DNA from: the human T2T-CHM13v2.0 reference genome, Homo sapiens
Direction: 5' to 3' (one strand)
Length of the DNA stretch: 64,000 nucleotides
Assembly: GCF_009914755.1 (NCBI RefSeq)
Contig: NC_060933.1
Shown here: piece after piece, positions 1-17,666 of the stretch
Numbering within the stretch: position 1 is the first letter of the stretch
Layout: each line of letters begins with the position of its first letter
Notes under the pieces: model-generated
What the model was told of the DNA's origin: nothing
Databases searched by the model: none
The model's input: the letters and a program-made list of their open reading frames with translations, nothing else
Position numbers and translations under genes: made by a program

Positions 1-205
1 TAAAAAAAAGAATAAATATTTGCTGAATGAATGCATGAATAAATGAATGAATAACGGCACACATTACATCGTATTGTGACGGTTTGTTCCTTGAGGACAG
101 GAATTGCATCTTACTCAAGTTCACATGTCACCACCCACTTCCCAGACTAGCAGACTTTATGTCTTAGTGAACACTCACTGAATACATGTATGGAACAAGT
201 TATAC

Positions 206-377
206 CTTTAACCAAAGCTTCTCTCTTCAAAGCTGAAACAATTGAACGAAACTGTGGGTGAGTTTTATCTCCCAGGGAAAGAGCATACGCAGAAATGGCC
301 AATGTAAAGGTGCTCTGGGCTGGCAGTGTATTTTCAAGCAGAAAGTTGTCAGCTTTAATTAGAGCTGTGTCGATTTT
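206..377 (-). CDS. C5: C5 exon 28 (172 nt) [21 protein letters not shown]...LKREALVK(G), TED/C5d
   Basis: Translation; acceptor CAG at 378-380, donor GT at 204-205. Confidence 0.97.
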
Positions 378-702
378 CTGGAAACAAGAGAAGATACTTC
401 AGTTTCTATGTCAAGCAACCACCTATCAATTGATATGAACTACCCTCAGATCCCACTATCCTGGAGCAAGCAATATGGGGGTGAAAAGAGGACTGACCTA
501 ATGGAAATGGATGGCTTCTCAGTGAAGCAAATCCCTCCGAGAGAAGGAGCAGAGCATAATCTTGGAAGGGACAATGAGGTTGTCCAAATCAGGTTAAGCT
601 TTTTGCCTCTGAATTCTCACTTTCCTTTTAGAGGTTTTGTGCCTTTAGTTTCTGAGTACACCATCAGACCTAGCCTCCAGGAAGAAAAGGCACCGAGCAT
701 AG

Positions 703-1018
<316 letters not shown>

Positions 1019-1837
1019 CATAGACACAACTTTTATTGTTCCCTCTCAGCGTAGTTGCAACAGGCACACAGGTTCAAAAGGAGTTACACTTAAAAAAATA
1101 AATAAATAAAACAATAAGTAGCAGAAAGAAACCCTAACTGCCACAGTACTTTTAGATCCTAAGAATGCCTGGGTAAATAGTCCCGATCACTAGTCCTGAC
1201 GCCACCAAAATGGTTGTGTTGGGCAAGTGGGCCAGCAGAAAGCCTGCTGCGATGCTGCTAACATCCTGCCTGCCTCCTCTCCCAGCTCCACATGCATCTC
1301 TCACCCATGTGGCCACTAGGTGCCTGGGAACTAGTCTTCATTGATTATTTTGTCTTGTTAAGCTTCTGAAACAAACTGAAAACAAATGGTTTTGTTTTGT
1401 GCTTCCAGTTTTGCAAATCCACTTGAGATTTTCCATCTCAACCTTGGAAATCTTCTATGTTGATTTACTTAGGTGGCTCATCACTTTTCTCCCGTTTCCA
1501 AGCAAATGTTGTTTGGAAGGATTTGGAGGATACACATTTGCTGTTGTGTATCCTCAGTACTTGCATGATACAGAATGCTTTCACTATAGGATAACAGTAA
1601 CATATAAAGCAGGATTTAGCAAAGATAAGACAGAGAAGCTGGGGGCACTGGATCATTCTTCCATCCCAGTCCCAGCTATCAGTTTTAGACCCAGCTCTAC
1701 AATTTATTAGCCTGTGACACTGGGAAACTGAATTCACCTTACTTAGTCCTCAGCTTTCTCAACTGCCGATGAGTAGGTTGGACTAGGTGGTCTCTAATAT
1801 CTATCATTGTTCTGAAATCTTTCAATTCTGGAGTTTA

Positions 1838-2062
<225 letters not shown>

Positions 2063-2119
2063 CTAAAAAGAAGCAATGTTTTAAAAGGGGAGTGAAATGG
2101 TGTCTTTAAGGCGAAATGA

Positions 2120-2432
<313 letters not shown>

Positions 2433-2777
2433 TCTACTCTGTGTTTTAAGCCTTATCTCCCACTCTTTCCCTTCCTGCTTCCCATTTCTCAATAAGCCCT
2501 GGGTCTATCTCGCTTGAGTGCTTTCACTTGCCCATCTACCTCCACCCCGTTAAACGAGAGGTCTAAGATATCACTTCTCTGATCTCTAGTGAACTGTCTG
2601 AAGATCGCTTCACTTCAGATATTATGGGAAAGACCTTTGTATATTTTGCTTGTTCACAAAGGAATTTCTTGCAGAATTACATTTTTTTCTTCTTCTTCTT
2701 CATCCTCCCATAATCAGATGAGAATAAAACTCAAACTAAATAAAACTATTGCTAATTTGTGCATTTGGTTTCCTTAC

Positions 2778-2937
2778 CTGTAATTTTATTGGTTGATACT
2801 GTGAATTTTCCTTGAAAGATCCATTATCTAATTGATAATTCTCAACTAGCCACAATAAAGAATTACAAATTGAATTTTGGTTCTGCTCTACGTATTTATT
2901 TACTTGTCCAAGTACTCTTAAAGCAAAAGCTGTTAAC
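2778..2937 (-). CDS. C5: C5 exon 26 (160 nt) (W)[20 protein letters not shown]...QPIKLQ
   Basis: Translation; AAG acceptor, GTAAGG donor. Confidence 0.97.
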
Positions 2938-3738
2938 CTTTAAGACAAAATCAAATAAATAAATATTTAGAACGCTGAATCCCTTTTGACTTTCAATTAA
3001 TTTATACAACTTTATTCTTTAAAAGAAAATAACATTTTAAAACATGCAATTCCAAAGTAAGTCATCATTTTACAAAGGAAGGGAAGATTTTTGGAATACC
3101 TCCAAAACATTCGGTAAACAAATGTGAACAGCACATCTTCTGTGATTACAACATTGTCCGCTAGCACACAAGCTAAAAATTGATTCCTGATGATAAGAAT
3201 TACACTCTAAAGTTAAAGATAACAGAGATAAAATAAATAGTTTTGAGTCAAGGCATTGACCTATGAACATGAGACATGAAAGAGTAAATCACAAAATTCT
3301 AGATTGTAAAATTTGTGCATTCCATGGAATCTAAATTCCTATCTGAGGCCCCAAGTCCCCTTTCCCAATGTCCCTGGAGTGTTTATCTCACTTGTCCTTG
3401 AGTGCTGCCATTGACACAGAACTTACTACCCCACAGGAAATTTTAATGATCATTATTACTTAGTCAAAAAGCAATTTCAAGTCTCTACTAATACCCATCG
3501 AAGAGTATCAGAGAGGATTGGGTTCATCCCCCCATAACATCTCTTCACTCTCTCAGTCGCCCAGGAGGCTCCACTCCCCAGGTCCTCAAATGTCTGAGAC
3601 TCAGACCACTTGACTTGCTCTCCCACTTCCCCCACTTAAAAAATTTGTGTTTCTTTTTCATTTTCATTTTTTAAATGTATTTTAAGCATTTTTTTAAAGA
3701 GGTAAAACCCTCACATGATTCAAAAATCCAAAAGTGAA

Positions 3739-3957
<219 letters not shown>

Positions 3958-4731
3958 TTATGAAAAGTCTCCTTCTAGCAGTCCCTGTCCCCCTCCACCT
4001 CCCAACAGAAGATGACCATTGTTTCTTGTGCTTTCTTCCAAATAGTAGATACAAGATATAGCCTTCCCATCTACCTTTCCATCCCAACCACACCAAAATA
4101 GTGGGAGAATGTTTACATTATCCTGTACTTGGCTTTTTTTCCATTTAGTAATATGCCTTAGAGATCTATATTAATACATAAAGTTTCCTTGTTCTTTTAC
4201 AAGTGATTTTATACATTAAATTATAGTATTTTGGTACAGATGCACCAAAGCTATTTAAGCCATTTCCCTTTCTGTAGACATTTAGGTTGTTCTCAGTCTT
4301 TGCTCTAATTGATTTAATTATTTTAAAGATTTTTTTTTGATATTAATCGGAACTTGCCCCTCCACAACTAGGTGCCTTTTCCTAATTCTTTCTCTAGAAA
4401 CATCAGAAATTTATTTTCTACTCTATTGACTTTTAGGGGGTAAGAGTTGAGAGCTCCTCTCTTTTTAATCCTCCCACACTGCTCTCAAGGATGAGAAATA
4501 CTTCTACGGATTGCTCAGGTTCAAGGACACTCACATTTTCAAAGATTGGCCCACATTTTACATTGGGTCTCTCTTGGGATTTTGGCTTTTGGAAGTCTCT
4601 CTTCTTTTAGCAGGCTAGAAAGGCATATGAGTGCAGTTATACAGCCAGGCTGCCTCTCCACTTATCTATACATCTGTATATATAAAGATGCTTTAGTTAC
4701 ATCTTTGAAAAAAGGCAATGGCAATAAATAG

Positions 4732-5145
<414 letters not shown>

Positions 5146-5469
5146 TAAGCTCTTACTCCTATCTCTCTTTCTCTTTCGTACTCTTGGGTGTCTCATCCCT
5201 GGTATCCTTAAGGAGTGAGAGTCTAGACAGCACTTCCCTAAAGGTAAAGCAAATACAATTCGCTCTAGCTTTTTGCGTTCTCCTCTTCCCACTGACCTGT
5301 CCCTTGGAGACTGCCCTGAAATTCAAATTTTAAGTGTGACATGGAGGAAAAAAAGAAGTAGGCTATTTGATTTGCTTTTGTTCCAGACCCTAGGCTACCT
5401 CTACAAGTGCTTAATATGGTCTAGTTTAGTTCCTCATGTTTTACAGTAGGGTCTGGGACTAAAAATTTA

Positions 5470-5865
5470 GAGTAGAAAAGAATTTTTTAGTCACCTTGAA
5501 GAGAAATCTGGCAAAATCTGATGAAACTGTAAATATGCATTCCTTATGTTCCAGCAATTCTATCTCCTGGGATATACCCTAGAGAAACTCTCACACATGT
5601 GCACAAAGAGACATATGAAGATGTTCATTATCATATTGTTTGTAATATTAAAATTTGGAAATGGTTGTCCATCAAGATAGGAATAGATAAAGAATATATA
5701 CTATGTGATATATTTGTAAAATAAAATACTGCATGGCAATGAAAAGGAGTGAGCTATATTTACCTATACTACTAGATCTAAAATAACTAAAAAGTATTAA
5801 AAGAAAAAGGTAAGTTACAGAATGATAGGTATAGTATGATACTAGTTATAATCATTTAGAAATAC
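5470..5865 (+). mobile_element. Old L1M 3' fragment
   Basis: Degenerate ccagcaattc...ggatataccctagagaaactctcacacatgtgcac typical of L1M 3' ends. Confidence 0.6.
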
Positions 5866-5875
5866 AAAAAGGGAC

Positions 5876-6328
5876 TGTAAACCCATCACTTCATTTTGGA
5901 AGCAAATAACCATTCTTTCTTTTACAATGCTTAACTTTCTTAAACAGTGCTTACTTAAGAATTCCAGGAACTAGCCATGAGATAAAAATCAAGGTTGTGA
6001 AATGTCCCCTGGAGAAGAAAAATACTGAGCAGTTAATCTACAAACCTGTTTCAGTCTAGCTGACCACTAGATGGCCCGTTACTCAAGATAATAATCAGAA
6101 CAAGACATGCTGACCTGTACGTAGCTAACTCTTGCACACAGTTTTCCAAGCCCCTTCCTCTTTAAAATCCCTCTGGCCAGCCTAGGGCATTTGGGATAGT
6201 TTCCTGACTCTAGTCTGCCATCTCCTTGGGTTGCTGGCTCCTGAATTAACCTGCTTTTCCTCCCACCAACCTTAGTCTCTTGAGTTTGGCATTTGAGCAG
6301 TGAGCAGCCAAACTGGAGTTAAGTTACA
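5876..6328 (+). mobile_element. Old solo ERV-type LTR (family not identified)
   Basis: TG...CA ends, about 450 bp, TATA-like tttaaaatccc, U5-like pyrimidine-rich end; interrupts the L1M fragment. Confidence 0.6.
6061..6079 (+). promoter_or_regulatory. Candidate CTCF motif (TGACCACTAGATGGCCC) inside LTR
   Basis: CCACTAGATGGC at 6064-6075 is a common high-scoring CTCF core variant. Confidence 0.45.
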
Positions 6329-6875
6329 GCTATATGATTTCATGTATATATATACTATATAAAATATTAAAAATGTTCTGGAAAGATGCATAAACTCATG
6401 ATAGTGAATGCCCTTGGGGGAAAGAAACAGAAATAAGATGGAGGCTTGTAGTTAAAGAGAAAAGTTCAATATCCACAATGTTCTTTAAAAAAAAAAAAAA
6501 GACGAATATAAAAAATGTTCATCATCATCAATTTTGGGTTTTGCTAATATGAATGATATTCGTACTTTAAAAAATCTGCTTTGTATTTCTCAAGAAATGT
6601 TTGAGGGTATTTAGGTGCTGGACATTTTCTTCTATGTCTATTATTTCTTTCAAGGAACTCATGGAGTTGGGTGTATGTTTCAGTCTTGCCCCAAACTCTT
6701 GAAAGGCTCTGAGTGTTTACTGAGAGGCTGTTGTACCTTCCTGTGGGGCTTTCTGCTCTCCAGGCATCTATTTCCCAGGTCCTGCTGTGTCAGTTTCCAG
6801 TCTTCATTGACACTCACTCCCACTCCTGCATCCTGGGTTATCCTCTGGTTGGTGTGCTGCAGGGGTCTATGAGCC

Positions 6876-7027
6876 TTTTATTTATTTTTTTATATTTTTA
6901 TTGTTTTATTAAAGACAGGGTCTCCCTATGTTACCCAGTCTGGTCTGGAACTCCTCTGCTCAAGCCATCCTCCTGCTTCAGCCTCCCAAAGTGCTAGGAT
7001 TATAGGTGTGAGCCACTGTATCTGGCC
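6876..7027 (-). mobile_element. FLAM / Alu left monomer
   Basis: Single-arm Alu reverse complement with T-rich tail. Confidence 0.8.
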
Positions 7028-7483
7028 CTGTGTGTCTTTTGAAGTGTGTCACCCACACATGGTCAGACCTAATCCTAAGGTATAATCTATGGAACTTGGT
7101 AGCTGATCAGAGGTAAAGCCAAAAGGAAAGGAAGGAATCAAAAACCAACTGATGATTCTGACTTGATCCATGGGGGACAAAGGGCAGGGTATTGTTGTGC
7201 ACTGAGTAAAGAAACAGAAGTGTATTTGAGGAAGAAAATAATGAATTTGGCACATATTGTGCTTGAAGGATCTTTGGCTTCCGGAAACCTAGAAATATGG
7301 ATCTAGGACATTTCCTAACTTCTTAGGAAAGAAGTTAGGCCTTGAGACATTGATTAGGGGGCCATTGGCCTAGATGTTATGGAAATCATGGGCAATAATG
7401 AGACTGTACCAGGGGAGATTACAGAAAATAAGAGGGCCAAAGATAAAATTCTGGGAGATCTCAATAGCTAAAGAAAAAAAACT

Positions 7484-7825
<342 letters not shown>

Positions 7826-7898
7826 TTAAATATGTTTCATATAGAACCTACAAAGCAGCTGGCACACCGTTTTTATTAAATATTTTGTCATAGCATGA

Positions 7899-8210
<312 letters not shown>

Positions 8211-8296
8211 GGTATTTTTTGAAAATAGACTGCCATATGGACTCTTAATTAATTCAGACTATCTTTCCCTCAAATCATCAGAATTTTGGAAGATAT

Positions 8297-9101
8297 GTTT
8301 CATTGAATAAATACTTACTGAGCATCTACTATGTGCCAGGTAGGTACCAGGCACTAGGGATACTTAGAACTTCCCGCATGGAGCTTATATTCCAGTGGGG
8401 GAGATACACAATAGTGGAATAAGCAAGAACGTTAGTAATCACACTGAGGAGAAAAGAAACGATATGAGGTGTTGGGAGGGGAGTGGATTGCAATTTTAGA
8501 CATTATGATATAGCAGAGGCCTCCCCAAGGTGACATTTGGTAAAGACCTGAGGGAAATATGAGAGCCAGTCATGCTGACACCTAAGGAGGAGTATTCCAG
8601 ACTGAGAAAACAGTGCAAAGGCCCTGAGGTGGAAGCATGCCTGGTGTGTTTGAGGAAGGCTAGTGGGGCTGAATTGGAGGGAAAGAGAGTATAGGAGATA
8701 AAGTAGGAGACATGAGGTGGAGCCAGATCATACAGAGCTTTGTAAATCACAATAAAAAGTTTGGTTTTTACTCTGGGTAAGATGGGAAGCTCCTAAATGG
8801 TTTTGAGTGGCATGATCTAACATATGTTTTAACAGGGTCACTTCAGTTGCTGTGTTGAGTATATACTGAAGAGGATCAAGGGCTGAACCCAGAAGACTAA
8901 GGGAGACTAGTGTAAGAATCCAGGTGGGAGAGGAAGGTGTCTTGGAACAGGATAGTGTGGTGGAGGTGGTGAGAAGTAGTCAAATTAAGGATATATTTTG
9001 AATCCATATCTGCTGGATCAGATGTGAACGGTAAGAGAAAGAGAGGAGTGAAGGATGACGAGGCTTTTAGCCTGAGCAACTGGAGGAATGGAGTTTCCAT
9101 T
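8297..9101 (-). mobile_element. L2 element fragment
   Basis: cattgaataaatacttactgagcatctactatgtgccagg L2 3' end followed by purine-rich L2 body. Confidence 0.75.
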
Positions 9102-9164
9102 ATGGTTATTATTCTTTAGTTAATTAACCACTATATGAAAATGCAACTCAAAATCTTCTACTTA

Positions 9165-9545
<381 letters not shown>

Positions 9546-9664
9546 TTATATAGTAGAGTCCATCTCATGATTTTTTTGCTAAAATTCTCTTACAAAGTTT
9601 TCTATAATTCACAACTTAAATATTAGTTTAATAAAAATATTGGTTTAGAATCACCCAATTTTTA

Positions 9665-9946
<282 letters not shown>

Positions 9947-10526
9947 CTAACAGTATGTTCTCAAGAGAGAAGAACAACCATCTAGAGATGGTTCTTCCCT
10001 TTTTATCTAGGCAGTTGACTTGCTTCTCAGAAACGGGGTGAGAAAAAAAGATCCGGTTAGGAACATGAATTTGAAAGAAACAAAAAAAAAAAAGACTTTA
10101 AAAATCACTAAAATATGGTGGTAGGTAATGTAATACAGTGGACTGATTGCTGCAAGAGAACATGGCAAATTAGTTGCCATTCAACCTGTTAGCTTTAGAC
10201 ATTATAAACCATATTTACCAATCCCTTCCAGGAAGCAAAGCAAAGAGCCTGAACAGGGAGTGCTGACATGACTGTCTATAATTCACTGTGCAACCTTGGA
10301 CATGCCACTTTCTTTTATATCCAACAGCAGGGTTGCACATGATCAAAAAGATCCTTTCCAGTACTAACATTTTGTGATTCTAGGGTTTTATCTGAGATAA
10401 AATGTAGTCAGGACATTCTATCATTCGGTAATATGTTATTGAATTGTAAAGCCTGGAGACTAAGGAAAACCTAGTCACTTGTGCAAATATCACTTCTGCA
10501 AATGTATGCGAGGGGAGGAGAATCCC

Positions 10527-10904
10527 TGCTATGGTTTGAATGTATATGTCTCTCCAAAATTCATACACTGAAGCCTAATCACCAAGGTGATAGTATTAGA
10601 AGGTGGGGCTTTTTGAGAGGTGATTAGGTTATGATGGCTCCACCCTAATGAGTGGGATTAATAATCTTATAGACGAGGTAAGAGGAAGTTCTTCACCCCT
10701 TTTTGCCCTTTTGCCTTTCCACTTTCTGCCACAGGAGGATACAGCAACATATATCCTCATGGAAACAGAGAGCAGCCCTTGCCAAACACCCAATCTCTTG
10801 ATGCCTTGATCTTGGACTTCCCAGCCTCCAGAACTGTGAGAAATAAATTTGTATTATTTATAAATTTTGTTATTTTGTTATGGCAGCATAAATGGACTAA
10901 GACA
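10527..10904 (+). mobile_element. MaLR solo LTR (MST-like)
   Basis: Starts tgctatggtttgaatg, contains ttggacttcccagcctccagaactgtgagaaataaa, ends actaagaca. Confidence 0.85.
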
Positions 10905-11310
10905 ACCCTTCTGGGACCAGTACTTCAGCAGAGCAGTGCTGTTCTCGCTAGGCCATGTGCAGGCCATAGGCCTTCTCTGGAGCGGGACTGGCCACTAAGA
11001 CCATGGAAAGTTCTTTAAGTCTAGAAGCAACTGGACCCCCATTTTAGAGACATCTTTGAGCCAATGACAGTCCCTACCTTCCATTGGAGGAGAATGCATC
11101 TCCATGTAAATCAGGCCGTTGGAAGAAGATAGTGGGAAAAGTGATTAAAGGTTTGAAAGTGGGGGTGGGTAGGGGTGGAGCACTCCTAAAGGTAGATTTG
11201 TGTGTGCTACTGAACACGGAAGTGGAGAAACAGAATAATCATGAGGATATTTGATTTTTGTTTGAAGCACCAAGTGAAATGAGAAATAAAAATGGCATTT
11301 GTTAATTTAC

Positions 11311-11400
11311 CTTTTACACTCAAAATCCTTTTGATTTCTGTTTTGGGGACCAAATCTAAGGGTATCCTGTATGGGAACTCCTTTCGTCTGCTAATGGTAC
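11311..11400 (-). CDS. C5: C5 exon 23 (90 nt) (G)[29 protein letters not shown]
   Basis: Translation; CAG acceptor, GTAAAT donor. Confidence 0.97.
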
Positions 11401-11949
11401 CTGTAATTTAGAAAATTTGGATTTATACAGAGTTTCCAGGGGAAGACTGTTTGCAGATTATTTATAATGTATCTACTTCCAAAGAATATTTCAAAATAAA
11501 AGACTTATAATTAGACTATTAAAATTTTAAAAGAAAGTTAAAAATCATCAAGGACTTTAATCAAACCCTAGGCTTGTATAATCTTATTAAATAAAGCATT
11601 AAATTTGGCTGTAAGCTTCCTGGTCATTATAAGATGTGAAATAAATAGGTTATATAAATCTTATTCACCAGCAAAATATAGCATGCCAGCTTGCCCAAAG
11701 ACAGAAAATTGTTCCTGGAACTGAAAGCTAAGAATAACTAACATGTAATTTCTTAATCAACTATATATTGAACATTAGCTCCACAGGGAAGTATGATCTG
11801 AAATTCTTTCCACCTTCCCTTCCCAGTCTAGTTTTGATACTTTTTAATCTATGGGCAAAACAACAGAGTTTTAGCATACTGGTATCAGATAATTTTTCTA
11901 CTGTGATCACTGGTTTATGTCCAAAAAAAGGTAACATTGATCATTCTAC

Positions 11950-12160
11950 TGATAGAGTACCAAGCATGCTACTAAGTTCTTTAAATGAATTATTGCATTG
12001 GATTCTCACAACAGTCCTCTATGTTAGGTCTATTTTCATTAGTTTAATTTTATAGATGAGGAAATTGAGGCTTAGAAAGTAACGTGTTCAAGGTCCCAGA
12101 AACAATACAAGTGGAGCTGCAATCTGAACTCCAGAAGTTTTGCTGCAGAGCCCACACTAG
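11950..12160 (-). mobile_element. MIR
   Basis: ttttatagatgaggaaattgaggcttagaaagt MIR core. Confidence 0.7.
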
Positions 12161-12849
12161 TCACCACAAAGAGAATCCACCTCCCATTGTCCTGCTAAGA
12201 AAGCACTCTGGGGGCAGGAATCATTTCTCATTCCAGCTGTAGTCCTGGCACTTAGCACAGACCCTGGCATATGGAAGATGCTAAAGAAAAATGAGTCACA
12301 TTTTGCAATTTAATGGACAAGCCACATGGCTTTCCTAAAAATGCAGGAACATTCCTCATAAAACTTCTTTCTTCATTAATCCTTGATAAATGCAGAGGAT
12401 ATATCAAAATAAAATTCAGAAGACATTTAAGAGGTTTGCACTTTGAGTGAAAGAGCATGAAGTTCAAAAAGAGCTTAGTATATATGTGACGCTGGGCAAG
12501 ATACAACCTTTCTTAGCCTCAATTTGTTCATCAGTTAAATGGAGATAACAACATTTTCCTCAAAGGATTTTTGTGGGATAAAAATAATATAGACAAAGAG
12601 CCTGGCATACAATTCATGCTCAATATATGATACTTATTACAGATAGCCTTGAGATTATCTAGATTTGCTCCTTCACCATTTTCTCCATTGAAACCTGCTC
12701 TTGACTATTTCAATTCCATTGGCAACTCTACTACCAGGTGGAAAAGGTAAAGAGAAAGTTAAAACTAAGAGAAGTTAATTTTATTCCTCATCAGTGATCA
12801 CGGTAAAAGACTCATCAAGACATCACATAAAAAGGCAGGTTCCAGACAG

Positions 12850-13841
<992 letters not shown>

Positions 13842-14347
13842 GAGATATTTCTTTAAAACTAAGCCTTGAGTGTAACAACTTAAGACAGAATAGGATCTAT
13901 AGCACAATGTTACATATACATAGATTAAAGAGGTACATACATACAAAACAACATTACCTTTCTATTCAAAAGTATACAGCAAACACATTTGAGTGGGTAC
14001 ACTTGGAGGAAGGGGAATGGGAATGGGGTCCGGGATGAAGGAAAAAATAAAACGAGAGGGGCCTGCCTAAACCAATGAGGATGGTGTGTCAGGAAATGAG
14101 GGAGTGAGAAACTTAACACTCTGCATTTGAGATATGAGACGAGTTGGGAGAAAAGGGCTTATCAGGGACAGAAAGCAGAAACTAAAGACTAGAGCTAGTC
14201 TTAAGCATTGAGTCTCTGTGTTTAGTCTTTTTTTAAGCTGGTGTCACACAATTTTAATTACTATATACTGTTTGTTCTCCCTCATTGATATATTTTTTCA
14301 GATTTCCTTTAACATTATAGTCCATTTATTTTTCCAAACACTTTTTA

Positions 14348-14741
<394 letters not shown>

Positions 14742-15940
14742 TTAATAAAATATCTGAAATAAGCTGAACAGAATTTTTATCTTTTCCCTCTTTAGCTCTG
14801 CAGAAATCAGGAAAGCTGCCTAAACCCAAGTTGCCTAAAATGTTAAGGGAAAAAAGTCATATGAGAAGATTGGAAAGAGGCACAGATTTTTGTTTTAACC
14901 CAGATTTTCTCTACAGAGATTTATTCCCAGATAAAAGATTGTTCCTATCCTGTGGCCTTGATGTTCACACCTAGGATGAGTAAGGCAAGACTGCTCTGGA
15001 AAATTGTTTGCAATAATGTCAGCAGAAGAAGCATCTGTGGTGAAAAAAAAAAAAAAAAGAAAGAGAAGCCAAGGACACAGTGGCTTTTGAGGCTTGATAT
15101 AATTGCATGAGGCTAAAACCCTTGAAACTTGTAATATCTCTACCCATAGATCATTCACAATGAGCAGGCAAGGAGGAGGTCTGTGTGAAGAAAAAATTGG
15201 AGAAACAAGTAAGCATGTGGACGCATGTACATAGATGGATTTTACTTTTTATTGCTCTACTGAAATAACACTCCTCAGTTCATGATACTCAGATGAATTA
15301 AAGTGTAAAGGGTATTAATTCTTTGCTTTCCCAGAGGAAATGACACTGATGATAGTGATCATGATCTGTAAGTAAATTTTTTCCCCATTGTTATATCATT
15401 GAAATAAAACAAAAATTATTGATACAACGTTAAGATAAGTTGTAAGCATTTAATAAGAACTGCAGTAATCTGTCTTCTTTAGTTGAAAAGAGAATGGTTA
15501 ACTGGCCACATCCTAAATTTCATAAATACATGTATATGTATTTAGGCCTTGATTAAGTACTCAAATGTTTGCAAAATTCTAGCTTTGAGAAGATTTGGAA
15601 TATCTCAATTGAAGGAAAAGTAGGGAAGCAGGAGCAATGAGGAATGGGTTTGTTTAGTGATTAATTAGCATTATTATGTTTTCAAATAATGCATGTTAAT
15701 TATGTAAATGACTTTTTCTTAGGTGTTCTTTGGACTGTTGGCTCAATAATAATATATTATAAATTATTATTGTGATGGATAGACAATGAATAATATATGA
15801 GGGAAGTCATGCAATTGTTACTATTTCAAGGCCTTGCATTCAAAATTAATGGAATTATTATTGTTGTGTCTCAGTCATTCAGATTATAGTAGTTGTACTA
15901 TAATGCTATCAAGAAAGATAGTGATCTAAGAAGTGGATAC

Positions 15941-16275
<335 letters not shown>

Positions 16276-16359
16276 TGAAAAATAGTGTTTTAAGTTACAT
16301 ACACACTTTAACTTCTAAAGCAAAAGATAACATATAAAATAAAAAATCATTTTGCCTAC

Positions 16360-16420
16360 CATAAATACCCCTAGGATCCAAAGTAACACCAGAATAGCTT
16401 TCCCTTTTGACACCTTCTGG
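16360..16420 (-). CDS. C5: C5 exon 22 (61 nt) [20 protein letters not shown](G)
   Basis: Translation; TAG acceptor, GTAGGC donor. Confidence 0.97.
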
Positions 16421-16624
16421 CTAAAATAAAGGCAGAAAACATTCAGTTAAAAACATAAGTTTATATAACCTGAATTCCCTGGATCAACTTTTCTGGACCA
16501 CTTTTCAAACTAAAAAATTATTTTTCTTGGAAAAGGCAAACTATGTATAAATACTTACATGGATATAAGCAGCAATAAGATTTTATGGCTATTTGCATAT
16601 TGACCAGAGCAAATGCTTAAAAAG

Positions 16625-16860
16625 AAGTTATTTATAAGCCAGATAATTGTTCTAAGTGCTTTATATGTATTAACTCATTTAACCTCTAAAAACCTCTATG
16701 AGGTTGGTGCTGTTATTACTCCCATTCGACAGATGAGGAGACTGACACACATGGAAATCAAGTAACACTGTCACACTGCTAGGAGGTGATGGAGCCAAGA
16801 TTCAAGGCCCAGCAGCCTCGCTCCAGAGACTGCATGGAACCACAGTGCAAGGATGCATGG
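16625..16860 (-). mobile_element. MIR
   Basis: cccattcgacagatgaggagactga MIR core. Confidence 0.75.
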
Positions 16861-17666
16861 GAATGTGCTTTGCACAAAATAAGTCGGTACATGTTTACTG
16901 AAGTGAATTTCATAGCTGAAAACAGAGAGTGAAGAGCCAGGAAATCCAGTCTGTCATTAATTGGCCATATGACCCTTAGCAAGAATCTTAGTCCTTTAAA
17001 AGTACTATTATTTTTAATTGGTAAATCATACTTATATAAAATATTAAAATTATATAAAAATATTAAAATTACATAAAAATATTAATGTTAATAGCGTGAA
17101 TACAATTAACAGACTGTGGGTAAATTGTACTTAACAAATTATACTTTTCTTCTTTTTTGGGACTGTTTATTTGTTTATACAATGGAAAGTTTTCTAGACT
17201 GCAAGTTCTTTAAATTCAAGGGCCATGTCTTATTTATTGTTTTATCTCCAGTTCCTTGCATAATGTCTGGCACATAGATTTCAAGACACATTTTCTGAAT
17301 GTATTAAGGGGAAAAAAAAGCCTGTGTACCAATTGTACCTGTATACCAAAAAAAGACGTGTACCAATTGTTAAAATTAGATATCTCTGGGTATGGGAATT
17401 ATTGATGATTTTTATTTATCTGTCGTTTTTCAGTATTTTATATTTTCTACGAAACAAATATTGTTTTATTAAAAATTTTTAAGCACGATTTCAGACTTAC
17501 AGAAAAATTGCAAGAATAGTACAAAAAAAATCTGGAATAACCTCCATCCAGTTTCCTTAATGCTTAATGTTTCGTTAAATTTACACTATTGTTTCTCTCC
17601 CCCCCCTTTCTGTGTCTCTCTTTTGCAATAATTTAAGCATAAGTTATTGAAGCATGTTTTTCTTAC

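Noticed and set aside
17031-17090. About three copies of a 19-bp AT-rich unit
   Set aside because: Ordinary low-complexity slippage with no spacer structure
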